Positions 40,648-50,076 of a stretch of 64,000 nt of DNA are shown in pieces; the first letter of the stretch is position 1, and each line of letters starts with the position of its first letter. Made by a program: the position numbers and the translations under genes. Source of the stretch: an uncultured Armatimonadetes bacterium (GTDB taxonomy: Bacteria; Armatimonadota; UBA5829; DTJY01). The notes beneath the pieces were generated by a model. It had not been told where the DNA came from. It worked only from the letters and a program-made list of their open reading frames with translations, and searched no databases. Location: assembly GCA_963717145.1 (NCBI GenBank), contig OY970325.1, positions 1,536,001-1,600,000 on the forward strand. The letters run 5' to 3'.

Positions 40648-42072
40648 CTAACCCGCGATTTTTCGCAACTCGGCCTGGGCGTCTTTGTTATTGGGATCGA
40701 TCTCCAGCGTCTGGCGGAAAGCTTCGGCTGCCTCGGCAGTCATCCCCTTGTGCAGGTAGCATCGACCGAGCTTGAAGTAGGCATCGGTGTAGTTGACATC
40801 CTTCTCCACCGCGCGCTTGAGTAGCGTGATCGCAGTATCCCAGTCGTTCTCGCTCGAGAAGGAAGCAGCCTGCGTGTACAGCTCCTTCGGATCTGCGGTC
40901 GTTATCGGACCACCGCTCTTTCGCGCAGCCTTCCAAGGCATCGCCGGCGTCGGCACCCACGTCTTGTAGACGCTCTGACGCAGAGCATCCACTACGCCGG
41001 TGCGACGAGAACTGTTGAACGCAAAGCCGGCGACACCGTTCGTACCCTTCTCCCTGCTCTCCTTGATCTGAGCGATCAGCGTATCCGTGCTGCCGACACT
41101 GATCCCGTTATAGGCATGGCGGCTATGCGCCCACTTGACCATAGCTGCGGTCCACTCGCTGAACAGCTTGGCTTCGTCAGGGCTGGTCTTGTAGTTCATC
41201 GGCACCACCGCATCGATGATACCCTCTCTCGTCCAGCGCTCCCAATCCTGAAGCAGCATGTTGTACGGATGGGTATCCTTGAACTGCTCCTTCATCGCCT
41301 GGCTGCAGACCGTTGATCCGGTCACCTTGACCCACGGCTTGAGAGCCTTTGTGCCCTCGTAAATCTGCCGAACGAGATCGGTAACGCGGTCGCGCCGCCA
41401 CTGACACCATTGCGGATCGTCAGTGAACGGTGCGGCCTTGGTACCTTTCTCCTTCTGATACCTGGCGACGGCCAGATCGGAGTAGCCAAAAGTTGGGTCG
41501 TAGTAGCGCACGTAGTCGAAATGGATGCCGTCGACGTCGTACTTCTTGACGACATCCAGGTAGATCTTTGCCGTATAGTCCTGCACCTCGCGAATGCCCG
41601 GGTCGAGCTGGAACTGCCCGCTCTTGTCGAGCCGGCCCTCATTGGTGCGATTGATCCACTCGGGGTGCTTGTTGAAGACGTGGCCGGGGCTCTTCGGACG
41701 CCTGGTGCCCTGCCAGACCTTGTAGGTATTGATCCACGCGTGGATCTCGAGTCCGGCCGCATGCCCCCTCTTGAGGGCGTATGCCAGCATGTCGAAATCC
41801 GGATCCTTCAGGTTTTCGGCCTTGGGCTCGTAGGCAGAATCGTAGTACGAGTCGCCGGCCTTCCGGACCTGTATGAAAAGCGCATTCAGGTTCGCCTTGC
41901 GCGCCATGTCGATTGTCTCGTCCACCTGCTCAGGCGTGAGCAGGCCGTTCTCCCAGGCCGATACCCACATGGCTCGAAACTCCGGCTTCTCCTGACCCCA
42001 TGCCATGGAGCACAGGCAAAGAAGACCAACGATGGCAGACAACACCGCTCTGTTAATCACATATACCTCCAA
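40648..42072 (-). CDS. Secreted GHL10/DUF187 glycoside hydrolase with C-terminal TPR
   Basis: EFRAMWV, LDPG, YDVDGIHFDYVRY, WRRDRV; TPR AYFKLGRCY...ALEIDP-like. Confidence 0.88.
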   Translation of the reverse strand: MEVYVINRAVLSAIVGLLCLCSMAWGQEKPEFRAMWVSAWENGLLTPEQVDETIDMARKANLNALFIQVRKAGDSYYDSAYEPKAENLKDPDFDMLAYALKRGHAAGLEIHAWINTYKVWQGTRRPKSPGHVFNKHPEWINRTNEGRLDKSGQFQLDPGIREVQDYTAKIYLDVVKKYDVDGIHFDYVRYYDPTFGYSDLAVARYQKEKGTKAAPFTDDPQWCQWRRDRVTDLVRQIYEGTKALKPWVKVTGSTVCSQAMKEQFKDTHPYNMLLQDWERWTREGIIDAVVPMNYKTSPDEAKLFSEWTAAMVKWAHSRHAYNGISVGSTDTLIAQIKESREKGTNGVAGFAFNSSRRTGVVDALRQSVYKTWVPTPAMPWKAARKSGGPITTADPKELYTQAASFSSENDWDTAITLLKRAVEKDVNYTDAYFKLGRCYLHKGMTAEAAEAFRQTLEIDPNNKDAQAELRKIAG

Positions 42073-42272
42073 AGTACCAGGGGAAACTCATCAATCGCGG
42101 AATGTGGTGACCACACTCACTCAGAAGTTTGACCTGCGTCGGGTTGATTCCTTCCCAATGCGGGCATATACACTATGGCAGAGACCGCCTGCTCTCTTGA
42201 ACGGCACTAGCAGGCCTGCTTAGAATGCATGAGTTGCGCCTCTCCCATTCTTAGACGCAGCCCGAGCGCCAC

Positions 42273-42301
42273 TTGTGCACAATCCCGGAATACAATATAC
42301 T
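42273..42301 (+). promoter_or_regulatory. Candidate sigma70 promoter of selenoprotein gene 1
   Basis: TTGTGC-N17-TATACT. Confidence 0.4.
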
Positions 42302-42339
42302 AAGAACAGCCTCAGAGACACCGGGACAAGGTGATTCAC

Positions 42340-43710
42340 ATGCGTACCAGGTTTTTCAAAGCTACCCTCATACTGAGCATCCTCGGCGCGATGCTCTCAA
42401 CCGGACTGATCGCCGCCAAAGCCCGATTAGCGCCCCATCAGCTCACAATCTTTTTCACCGGCGATGATTGGGGCAAGTACAAGTACTGCATATGACACAA
42501 TGAACTGGGCCTCGGTGGGGCCCCTAGACTGGCTACGTATCTTCGGCAGACGGCAGCGGCCGTTCCAAATCGCCTCGTCATCCATCTTGGCGACATGATA
42601 ATGGACGCCGGGAAGCCCGGCGCAATCCAACTCGACTTCTACCGTTTTGCGTTGCCCTACATGGGTTACGATATGGCCGGGATCGGCGAACTCGAGGTTC
42701 GCGCGTACAAGTACGTTGACGAGCAGTCGATCGCCGACTTGGGCGTGCCTCTGGTCTGTGCGAACGTTCTTCGGGAAAAGGACGGCAAACCACTGGTCGG
42801 TAAGCCCTATATCATCAGGAAGATGCCATCCGGGCTGCGCGTTGCTGTGATCGCCGTCGTTGGCGACGCAATTGTATATCCCGACCTGCAGAAGGAGTAC
42901 GGGGTCCGGGTACTACCACCTGCCGATGTCCTCAAGGCGAACATGGAGAAGCTCAGGAAAGAGGCCGACGTAATCGTCGTGCTGGCGCATGTCACCTATG
43001 ACGGCGCGGTCGCACTCGCCTCGCAGGTTCCCGGGATCGACGCGATCCTCAGCAGCCACCCTTCAACCGTTAAGAAGGATTACGAGAAGGTCGGAGATAC
43101 CGTCGTCATGCACTGCCGGAAGGACTATCAGTACGTCGGCAAGCTCACACTGGACATCAGTGCCGACGGCAAGATCACATCGTCCGCCGGAGAGCAGGTT
43201 CCACTGAACGACAAGCTCGCCGACGACGCGGAGATCGCCAAGCTGATCGAGACTGCTGACAAACGACGATCTGACCACTACGACAGAATGGCCAAGGAGC
43301 AGACCGCTCTGCTGAATGGCATTCAGACCGAGTTCCCACGGTTCGTCGGCGGTGGTCAGTGCGCGAAGTGCCACAAGGATATCGATAAGTCGTGGAAGAA
43401 GACAAAGCATGCCAAGGCGCATGATGCGCTGAAGGGAAAAAAGGACCCGAACGCGTTTCGCAACCCATACTGCCTGTCCTGCCACACAACCGGCTTCGAC
43501 CTGGAGAGCGGATTCAGTCGTGAAGCGTTGACGCCGCACCTGAAGAACGTGCAGTGCGAATCGTGCCACGGGGCCGGCTCCCTGCACGTTCAGAAGCCTA
43601 AGGAGCCCGGATACGGCAAGATTTCCGACGCGAATTGCCTCCGGTGTCACGACAGAGGCAATAGCCCCGACTTCGAGTACGAAAAGTATCTTGCCCAAGT
43701 GCGACATTAG
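42340..43710 (+). CDS. Predicted selenoprotein 1 (456 aa, Sec at codon 52, CIU): signal peptide, UshA/5'-nucleotidase-like domain, tetraheme cytochrome c
   Basis: MRTRFF...TIFFTGDDWGKYKYCI-TGA(42493-42495)-HNELGLGGAPRLAT is in frame with ORF 42595; CAKCH, CLSCH, CESCH, CLRCH. Confidence 0.87.
42507..42523 (+). promoter_or_regulatory. Candidate bacterial SECIS hairpin 1
   Basis: GGGCCTC-GGT-GGGGCCC starting 11 nt after UGA. Confidence 0.78.
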
Positions 43711-43719
43711 GTGTACAAT
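43691..43719 (+). promoter_or_regulatory. Candidate sigma70 promoter of selenoprotein gene 2
   Basis: TTGCCC-N17-TACAAT, followed by palindrome CCGGCGATATATCGCCGG. Confidence 0.4.
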
Positions 43720-43809
43720 AGAAGGTGTTGTTCCGGCGATATATCGCCGGGGTAACCCGTGGGCACGCCACGCGCGCAATACATACATCATTCCGGACGG
43801 TCAATACTC

Positions 43810-45252
43810 ATGAAAGCAAGATTCTGCAGAGCCGTTATCTCGACGTTCCTCCTTGGTGTGATGATGCTTACGTCGGGCATCGTCGCCACTCGCTCCATGG
43901 CGGGGAAGGCGAAGATCACCCCAGGCCAGTTCACCATCTACTTCACCGGCGACGACTGGGCCGGCTACAAAGGTAGCTGTGGGTGACACAGCGAAGAGGA
44001 TCTCGGTGGGATCCACAAAAGAGCAACCTATCTGAAGAAGGCGCTGGAAGCCTCGCCCAACCGACTTCTCATTGATCTCGGCGATCTCGTGCCGGGACTC
44101 GGTGAGCCGGCGGAGATCAAGCTTGGCCTATACAAGACGGCGCTGCCCGCCATGAAGTACGACGTGATCGGCGTAGGCGAACTGGACGTGCGCACTATCA
44201 AGGACACCGGCAAGTCGCCCTTCGATAGCGCCAAGATCCCGCAGATCTGCGCGAATCTGGTGCTCGAAGACACGAAGAAACCGCTCCTCAAGACACCTTA
44301 TGTCATCAAGGAGATGCCGAGCGGCCTGCGCGTCGCGGTCATCGGCATCATAGGCAATACGACGATGAACCCCCAGATGGCCAAGCAGATGGGTGTCATA
44401 ACCATGCCGCCGGAACAGGCCGTCCGCAAGGCTATCGGATCCCTCAAGGGCAAGGCAGACATCTTTGTCGTGCTGGCCCATTCCGGTTACGATGAGGCCA
44501 AGAAGTTGGCCGAGGCTGTCTCGGGCGTTGACATCGTTCTGAGCAGTCACCCGTCGGCCGTTACTACCGACTTCGAGCGCGTGGGCGATAATATTCTCAT
44601 GCACTGCAAGGGAAACAGCAAGTACGTGGGGAAGCTCGTGCTCGACATCGATGCTGACGGCAAGATCACCTCGGCGACCGGCACTCAGGACCTTCTGGAC
44701 GCCAAGACTGAGAAGGACCCGGCGATGCAGAAGCTCATAGATGATACCGAGGCGGCCGTTCAGAAGTTTTACTCGAGCCAGAACCCCAGGGTCGGCGGAC
44801 CTCCTATGACCGGCGACGCATCGCCCCCACGCGAGGACCCCAGGCCGTTCGTCGGCGCTCAGAGATGCATTGGATGCCACTTGTCCATTCACCAAACATG
44901 GCAGAAGACCAAGCATGCCCAGGCGTTCGCGGACATGACCCAGAAAGACCCCAACGCGACGATGAACCCTCATTGTCTCTATTGCCATACAACCGGCTAT
45001 ATGGTCAACGGCGGCTACACGACCGAGACCGAGACTCCCCACCTGCGCAACGTACAATGTGAGTCGTGCCACGGACCCGGCAGCAAACACCTCCGCAACA
45101 CCCAGGAGAAGGGGTACGGCGCTACGACCGAGCTGACATGCCGCAAGTGTCACGATGGCGCCAACAGCCCGAAGTTCGACTACGCGAAGTACCGAGAGAA
45201 GATCGTTCACAAGGCTGCCTCACAGATTGTGAAACCTGCAGAGCAGAAATAA
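43810..45252 (+). CDS. Predicted selenoprotein 2 (480 aa, Sec at codon 59, CGU): same architecture
   Basis: MKARFC...TIYFTGDDWAGYKGSCG-TGA(43984-43986)-HSEEDLGGIHKRAT is in frame with ORF 44089; CIGCH, CLYCH, CESCH, CRKCH. Confidence 0.87.
43998..44014 (+). promoter_or_regulatory. Candidate bacterial SECIS hairpin 2
   Basis: GGATCTC-GGT-GGGATCC starting 11 nt after UGA. Confidence 0.78.
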
Positions 45253-45272
45253 CGTCTGCACTAGTAGGCGTG

Positions 45273-45304
45273 AACCAGAGGCTTCCCCTGGGAAGCCTCT
45301 GGTT
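45273..45304 (+). terminator. Stem-loop after selenoprotein pair
   Basis: AACCAGAGGCTTCCC-CT-GGGAAGCCTCTGGTT. Confidence 0.6.
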
Positions 45305-45316
45305 TGCCGCACAATC

Positions 45317-46495
45317 ATGGAAAAAAGGACCATCCTAATGTCATTCTCTCGCGCCACTCGCCAACTCGTCATCGTGCTCATGATGCTCATCCTGGCGTCG
45401 TGCGCCTCTGCCTATGCGGACAGCTTCAAGGATGAGGTCGACATGGGCAAGGAGGGGGCCGCCGAGGTCGCGAAACAGAGCAAGTTTCTCACTGACGAGA
45501 AGCTGGTCAAGCGAGTGGAGACGATCGGTGACGCGATCGCGACCGTTGCCGTCTCTCGAGAGGTCCCGGCGTCCTACGGCAACTCGAAGCTCGCGCCGTT
45601 CAAGTACACTTTTCAGATCATCGACGACAAGGATGTGAACGCATTCTGCCTGTCGGGAGGCTACGTCTATGTGAACAAGGGTCTGCTCGACTACGTTCAG
45701 TCCGACGACGAACTCGCAGGTGTCATGGCCCATGAAATCGCCCACGCATCCCATCACCATATCATGCAGCTCGTCAAGGAGCAGAACAAACAGATGCTGA
45801 CCATGGCCATCGCAATCCTCGCCGGATATGCGATCGGCGGGGGACAGGGGGTAAGCGAGCTGGCGATGGGAGCGAACCTCGTGGCAATCGCAAAGATGAG
45901 CGCATACGGTCAGAAAGCCGAGAACGACGCCAACGTTACGGCCGTCGAATACATGACATCCGCGAAGTATAACCCCGTCGGGATGCTGACGTTCATGGAG
46001 CGGCTCGCCCGCGATGAGGTCCGCAAGCCATACATCGACTGGGGCATCTACCGCACTCACCCGCCTTCCTACGAGCGAGCGAAGGCGATCTCCCAACAGA
46101 TTGAGAAGAACGGCATCAAGGTGAACCGCCGCCTGGTCACGAGCTACCTCAAGGTTACTCTGAAGCCGGACGATGAAAAGGACCCCAAGTCGGTGCAGAT
46201 ATCGGTGGCGGACATGCCGATCGTCAAGCTGGCGGACTCCGGCGGAGTGAAGGCCCAGGCGCGTGCGGAGGCAGTGGCGAAGATGATCGACGCCGCTTTC
46301 CTTGCAGGGGCCCAGATGCGTGACATCAAGATGGGCATCACCGGAAGGTACGTCAAGATCAAGGACACGATCGTCATCGAGCCGACTCAGGAGGACGCCG
46401 ATCTTGCCGGTGTCACGATCCAGAAGGTCGCGGCCGATGCGGCGAAGTCACTGCGCAAGGTACTCTGGCAGGAGCAGTTGGACGCGAGCTACTAG
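45317..46495 (+). CDS. Secreted M48 family metallopeptidase
   Basis: VNAFCLSGGYVYV, ELAGVMAHEIAH, THP. Confidence 0.9.
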   Translation: MEKRTILMSFSRATRQLVIVLMMLILASCASAYADSFKDEVDMGKEGAAEVAKQSKFLTDEKLVKRVETIGDAIATVAVSREVPASYGNSKLAPFKYTFQIIDDKDVNAFCLSGGYVYVNKGLLDYVQSDDELAGVMAHEIAHASHHHIMQLVKEQNKQMLTMAIAILAGYAIGGGQGVSELAMGANLVAIAKMSAYGQKAENDANVTAVEYMTSAKYNPVGMLTFMERLARDEVRKPYIDWGIYRTHPPSYERAKAISQQIEKNGIKVNRRLVTSYLKVTLKPDDEKDPKSVQISVADMPIVKLADSGGVKAQARAEAVAKMIDAAFLAGAQMRDIKMGITGRYVKIKDTIVIEPTQEDADLAGVTIQKVAADAAKSLRKVLWQEQLDASY

Positions 46496-46581
46496 GGAAA
46501 CAAGAATGAGAGCGGACAGGTGGATACCCGTCCGCTCTTCAAATCGCTAATGTGTCTGTCGAAGCAAGGGATCTGGGTGTG

Positions 46582-46722
46582 TCACTTGCTCTTCTTTTTG
46601 ATCCGGCCGCCTGTCAACTCCTCGATGGTCTGGGGCCGCTCGAAATCGATGTTGGCGTCGGAAGCATAGCCGCCCTTGCGTGCTGTCTCGGGCATTGGCC
46701 GTGGGGTTTTTGCCTTTGCCAA
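46582..46722 (-). CDS. Putative 46-aa small protein (below the ORF-track cutoff)
   Basis: GGAGGT SD, TTG start, MAKAKTPRPMPETARKGGYASDANIDFERPQTIEELTGGRIKKKSK. Confidence 0.45.
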   Translation of the reverse strand: MAKAKTPRPMPETARKGGYASDANIDFERPQTIEELTGGRIKKKSK

Positions 46723-46872
46723 GTTGCCATCCACCTCCCCTCTGAACCAGTTCTTTCTTACTTACCATGCCCAATACCAGCGGTATCTAAACATGTGAAG
46801 GCTAGGTTGATAGACAACTGGTGTGTTCCACGAAGTGCGCTTGGTCGCTCACCATGGCCTGTCGTTTCGTCC

Positions 46873-48045
46873 TCAAGTCTCAGGCTCCCGAAGGGCCCGG
46901 CATATCAGCGCCCAGGCCTTCTCTCTGATGCGCGTGAGCACGAGGATCAGCTCCCTGCTGCCGGTGAGCTTCATGCCGCGCTCGATCTCCTCCGGCTCGA
47001 ACGGGACGCCGCGCTTCTTGACGATGATCTTTCCCGCATCGAGTTCCCGCAGCCGCTTGTTCACGGACTTCGGAGCAAACGGCATGCTTTCCAGTATCTC
47101 GTACGCGTCCCCGAACGGACTCGGGACGAGATCATCCGCCGACAGGTATGCGATCCGGTCGGCGAGTTTCCACGCGGAGATGTCACGAGCCAACTGCTCC
47201 ACGAGATGCGCCCGCACGATGCAGGCGTCGGGCTCGATGAGATAGCGTCCCGGAGCGCGTACCTCCACCGGACCGACGGTCTCCTGGATCATCGTTGCCT
47301 GCTGGGGAAGAACCGTCGCCCGCTTCTCCGCCTTCTTCAGCCGGCCAAACCAGACCAGCGCCTCCTTGCGTTCACCGCCCTCGGAGAGGAACTCGATCTC
47401 GCCACCGAGCGACTCCAAGTCCTCATCCGGGGTCGCGGGGGAGAGCTTGATCGCACAGTCGGGAACCTCGCGGATCAGTCGCCGGATGAACTCGATCGAG
47501 GGATTGAGATCGGCAAGCTTCCGGACGCGGCGGCCTCCCTCTCTACGAGATGGATCGAGGAAAGCCGCGTCGCCCTCCAGGGGCATCTCCGCGATGTCGG
47601 CGCAGACGAACCGCACTCGGTCCGAGAGGCCATAGACAGCCACATTCCGCGCCGCCATCGCCAGTCGCACGGGATCCCGGTCGACGGCGATCACAGGACC
47701 TCTCGATGCCAGACCGATCGTGTCGCCACCGATCCCACAGCCGAGGTCGAGCACGGTCACGCCGTCAGGAAACCTCTCCGCCCGGTAGCGGGAGATCACC
47801 TCGCTGGACGCCTGCTCAAGGGCCTCGCGGACGAAGAACATCTCGTCGGCACGCGTGAACTTCCGGGCTGCGCGCTTCCGGAGGTCGAGCAACTCGAGTG
47901 CGGCGGAGGAAACATCAGGCGGGTAGCGCTTCCGAAGAGTGGTGAGCCGTGTGAGGAAGTCCCCCGACAGTGACTTCGCCAGGTCGATGAGTTCAGCGCC
48001 CTCGGAACTCAGCAGGAACTCGGCTGTCGGGAGGTCGATTGGCAT
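46873..48045 (-). CDS. Class I SAM-dependent methyltransferase with THUMP-like C-terminus
   Basis: ALEQAS, VLDLGCGIGGD, FLDPSRR, IKLSP, EPD. Confidence 0.85.
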   Translation of the reverse strand: MPIDLPTAEFLLSSEGAELIDLAKSLSGDFLTRLTTLRKRYPPDVSSAALELLDLRKRAARKFTRADEMFFVREALEQASSEVISRYRAERFPDGVTVLDLGCGIGGDTIGLASRGPVIAVDRDPVRLAMAARNVAVYGLSDRVRFVCADIAEMPLEGDAAFLDPSRREGGRRVRKLADLNPSIEFIRRLIREVPDCAIKLSPATPDEDLESLGGEIEFLSEGGERKEALVWFGRLKKAEKRATVLPQQATMIQETVGPVEVRAPGRYLIEPDACIVRAHLVEQLARDISAWKLADRIAYLSADDLVPSPFGDAYEILESMPFAPKSVNKRLRELDAGKIIVKKRGVPFEPEEIERGMKLTGSRELILVLTRIREKAWALICRALREPET

Positions 48046-48063
48046 GTTTTGAACCGCCGGAAC

Positions 48064-48199
48064 CCGTAGGGGAGGCCTTCAACGGCCTCCCGTTCTGTGG
48101 GCGACCGTCGAAGGATCGCCCCTACGGCATGTGTGGGCGACGGTCGAAGGATCGCCCCTACGGCATGTGTGGGCGACCGTTGAACGATCGCCCCTACGG
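48064..48199. repeat. Cluster of GTAG-type REP palindromes (1 forward, 3 tandem reverse, 36-nt period)
   Basis: GTAGGGGAGGCCTTCAACGGCCTCCC and 3 x GGGCGAC.GT.GAA.GATCGCCCCTAC. Confidence 0.85.
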
Positions 48200-48210
48200 A
48201 GATGCACGGC

Positions 48211-48810
48211 TCATTCGCGCCCAAGGACGGGGACACCAACCTTGGTGAGCAGCCGCCCGAGACAGTAGACCGGTAGTCCAACCACGTTGAAGTAGTCGCC
48301 GACGATCCCCTCAATGAGCACGGCGGCGCGCTCCTGGATGCCGTATGCGCCGGCCTTATCGAGCGGCTCACCGGTGGCGACATAGGCGTCGATGGTGGCA
48401 TCCGACATCGCGCAGAACCGGACTTCGGTCCGTACGTAGTCGCACGCCGTCCGCGCTGTCTCACCATTCGAACGCCGGATCACGCATACGCCGGTGTAGA
48501 CGTAGTGCGAGCGCCCCGACAGCATCCGGAGCATCCGGCGCGCATCCTCCGCATCGACCGGCTTGCCAAGAACCTGCTCATCGGCGACGACTATGGTGTC
48601 CGCGCCGATCACAATGCCGTCATCGATGCGAACGGCCACATCCTGTGCCTTGGCAGTTGCGGATTGAAGCACGTGCTGATCCGGTGGCCACAAAGGGAGC
48701 GTGGACTCGTCGAAATCGCTCGGCATCACGCGGAACGGCAATCCGATGAGCCGAAGGAGTTCCTGCCTTCGCGGTGATGCCGAGGCGAGGATCAGTTCAG
48801 TTGTGGTCAT
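48211..48810 (-). CDS. maf: Maf family nucleoside triphosphate pyrophosphatase
   Basis: LILASASPRR, GADTIV, LGKP, DKAGAYGIQ, NVVGLP. Confidence 0.95.
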   Translation of the reverse strand: MTTTELILASASPRRQELLRLIGLPFRVMPSDFDESTLPLWPPDQHVLQSATAKAQDVAVRIDDGIVIGADTIVVADEQVLGKPVDAEDARRMLRMLSGRSHYVYTGVCVIRRSNGETARTACDYVRTEVRFCAMSDATIDAYVATGEPLDKAGAYGIQERAAVLIEGIVGDYFNVVGLPVYCLGRLLTKVGVPVLGRE

Positions 48811-48823
48811 ACGATCATACCGA

Positions 48824-48898
48824 CGGAACGGCACGGCGACCGTTCCCTACGCTGAAGAGCCACACTCGCGGAACGGCACGGCGACCGTTCCCTACGCT
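48824..48898. repeat. Two direct copies of a second GTAG-type REP
   Basis: CGGAACGGCACGGCGACCGTTCCCTACGCT twice, 45-nt period. Confidence 0.8.
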
Positions 48899-49427
48899 AT
48901 TTGCCGCCATGCCGCTGAACCTCGAACCGATAGAGGCACACCGGCTCGCCATCATATATGCCGGCCTTGCGCATGGCGATCATCACCTGGTCCTCGACGG
49001 TGTCGACACCTTCGAGGTCGGGAAGCAGCAGCCCGCGCTTGTGCCCGCTCTCGACGATGACGCCGTACTTCTTCACATCGAGGTCGGCGAGCCCCTCCAC
49101 GGGCTCGGGCGCGCCCATCACATCGACTGTGTACTCCAGGTCGCCCAGTTCCCGCTCCTGCACGGCATCGAATCGTGGATCGCATGTGGATGCACTGATC
49201 GCGTTCTGCACGATCTCGGCGGCAAGATTCGATTGTGTAGGTTCGATCGTGCCGATACATCCCCTGAGCTGCCCGAACTTCTTGAGGCAGATGAAAGCCC
49301 CCGCTCGCTCAGCCAACTCGGGTGTCACCAAGAGTGGAGCGGGCTTTGTCTTGCCGGAACGCACATACTCCTCGACGGTCTCTCTGGCGAGACTGACCAG
49401 CGCATCATCCTCATTCTCTTTGCCCAT
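48897..49427 (-). CDS. amrA: AMMECR1-domain protein (AmmeMemoRadiSam protein A)
   Basis: LRGCIGT, DPRF, GLLLPDL. Confidence 0.92.
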   Translation of the reverse strand: MGKENEDDALVSLARETVEEYVRSGKTKPAPLLVTPELAERAGAFICLKKFGQLRGCIGTIEPTQSNLAAEIVQNAISASTCDPRFDAVQERELGDLEYTVDVMGAPEPVEGLADLDVKKYGVIVESGHKRGLLLPDLEGVDTVEDQVMIAMRKAGIYDGEPVCLYRFEVQRHGGK

Positions 49428-49428
49428 G

Positions 49429-50040
49429 TCATCCCTCCGAAGCAGCCTTCCTGCCGAATCGGTTCTCTTTGCCCTGCATAAGGCGCACGATATTCGAACG
49501 GTGCTTGATGAAGACGTACACCGCGATGAAAACGCCGAAGATCTTGTATGCCGTTGGCGTCGGCTCTCGGGTTTGCCACATCATGATCGGAACGCTCGCA
49601 CATGCCAGCATCGACGCGACGGACACATATCGGGTGGCCGCAAACAACACGATCCAGATCCCGAACGCGATGGCGGCAAGCACGGGTACCAGCCCTATTC
49701 CAACTCCAAGACTTGTCGCAACGCCTTTGCCGCCCTTGAACTTCAGGAACACCGAGAGCGTGTGGCCCACAATGGCCATAACTCCACAACCGACCGCCAA
49801 CCACGCAGATTCCGGAGCGAACTGCTTGGCCATCAGAACCGGCACCAGTCCCTTGAGAACATCTGCAAGAAAAACGGTGATGCCGGGTCCGGGACCGAGC
49901 GTGCGGTAGACATTCGTGGCGCCGATGTTTCCGCTCCCGTGATCGCGGATATCGATCCCGCGCCAGGCTTTCCCGATAACGAGACCGAACGGAATGGCAC
50001 CGAGAAAGTAGCTCAGAATCAGCAGTATGGCGTAAGTCAT
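49429..50040 (-). CDS. plsY: Glycerol-3-phosphate acyltransferase
   Basis: [21 protein letters not shown]. Confidence 0.96.
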   Translation of the reverse strand: MTYAILLILSYFLGAIPFGLVIGKAWRGIDIRDHGSGNIGATNVYRTLGPGPGITVFLADVLKGLVPVLMAKQFAPESAWLAVGCGVMAIVGHTLSVFLKFKGGKGVATSLGVGIGLVPVLAAIAFGIWIVLFAATRYVSVASMLACASVPIMMWQTREPTPTAYKIFGVFIAVYVFIKHRSNIVRLMQGKENRFGRKAASEG

Positions 50041-50076
50041 GGCGTTTCGATCACGATTACGAGTAGGAGTACGACC

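Noticed and set aside
42493-43986. Genome-wide UGA recoding (code 4 or 25) or pseudogenes as explanation for the TGAs
   Set aside because: TGA terminates many ordinary genes here (e.g. 1005, 32129) and Trp uses TGG; two independent nonsense mutations at the same CxX site with matching hairpins are unlikely
48096-48199. 36-nt periodic palindromic repeats resembling a CRISPR array
   Set aside because: No unique spacers, the same unit recurs as dispersed REP doublets, and no cas genes
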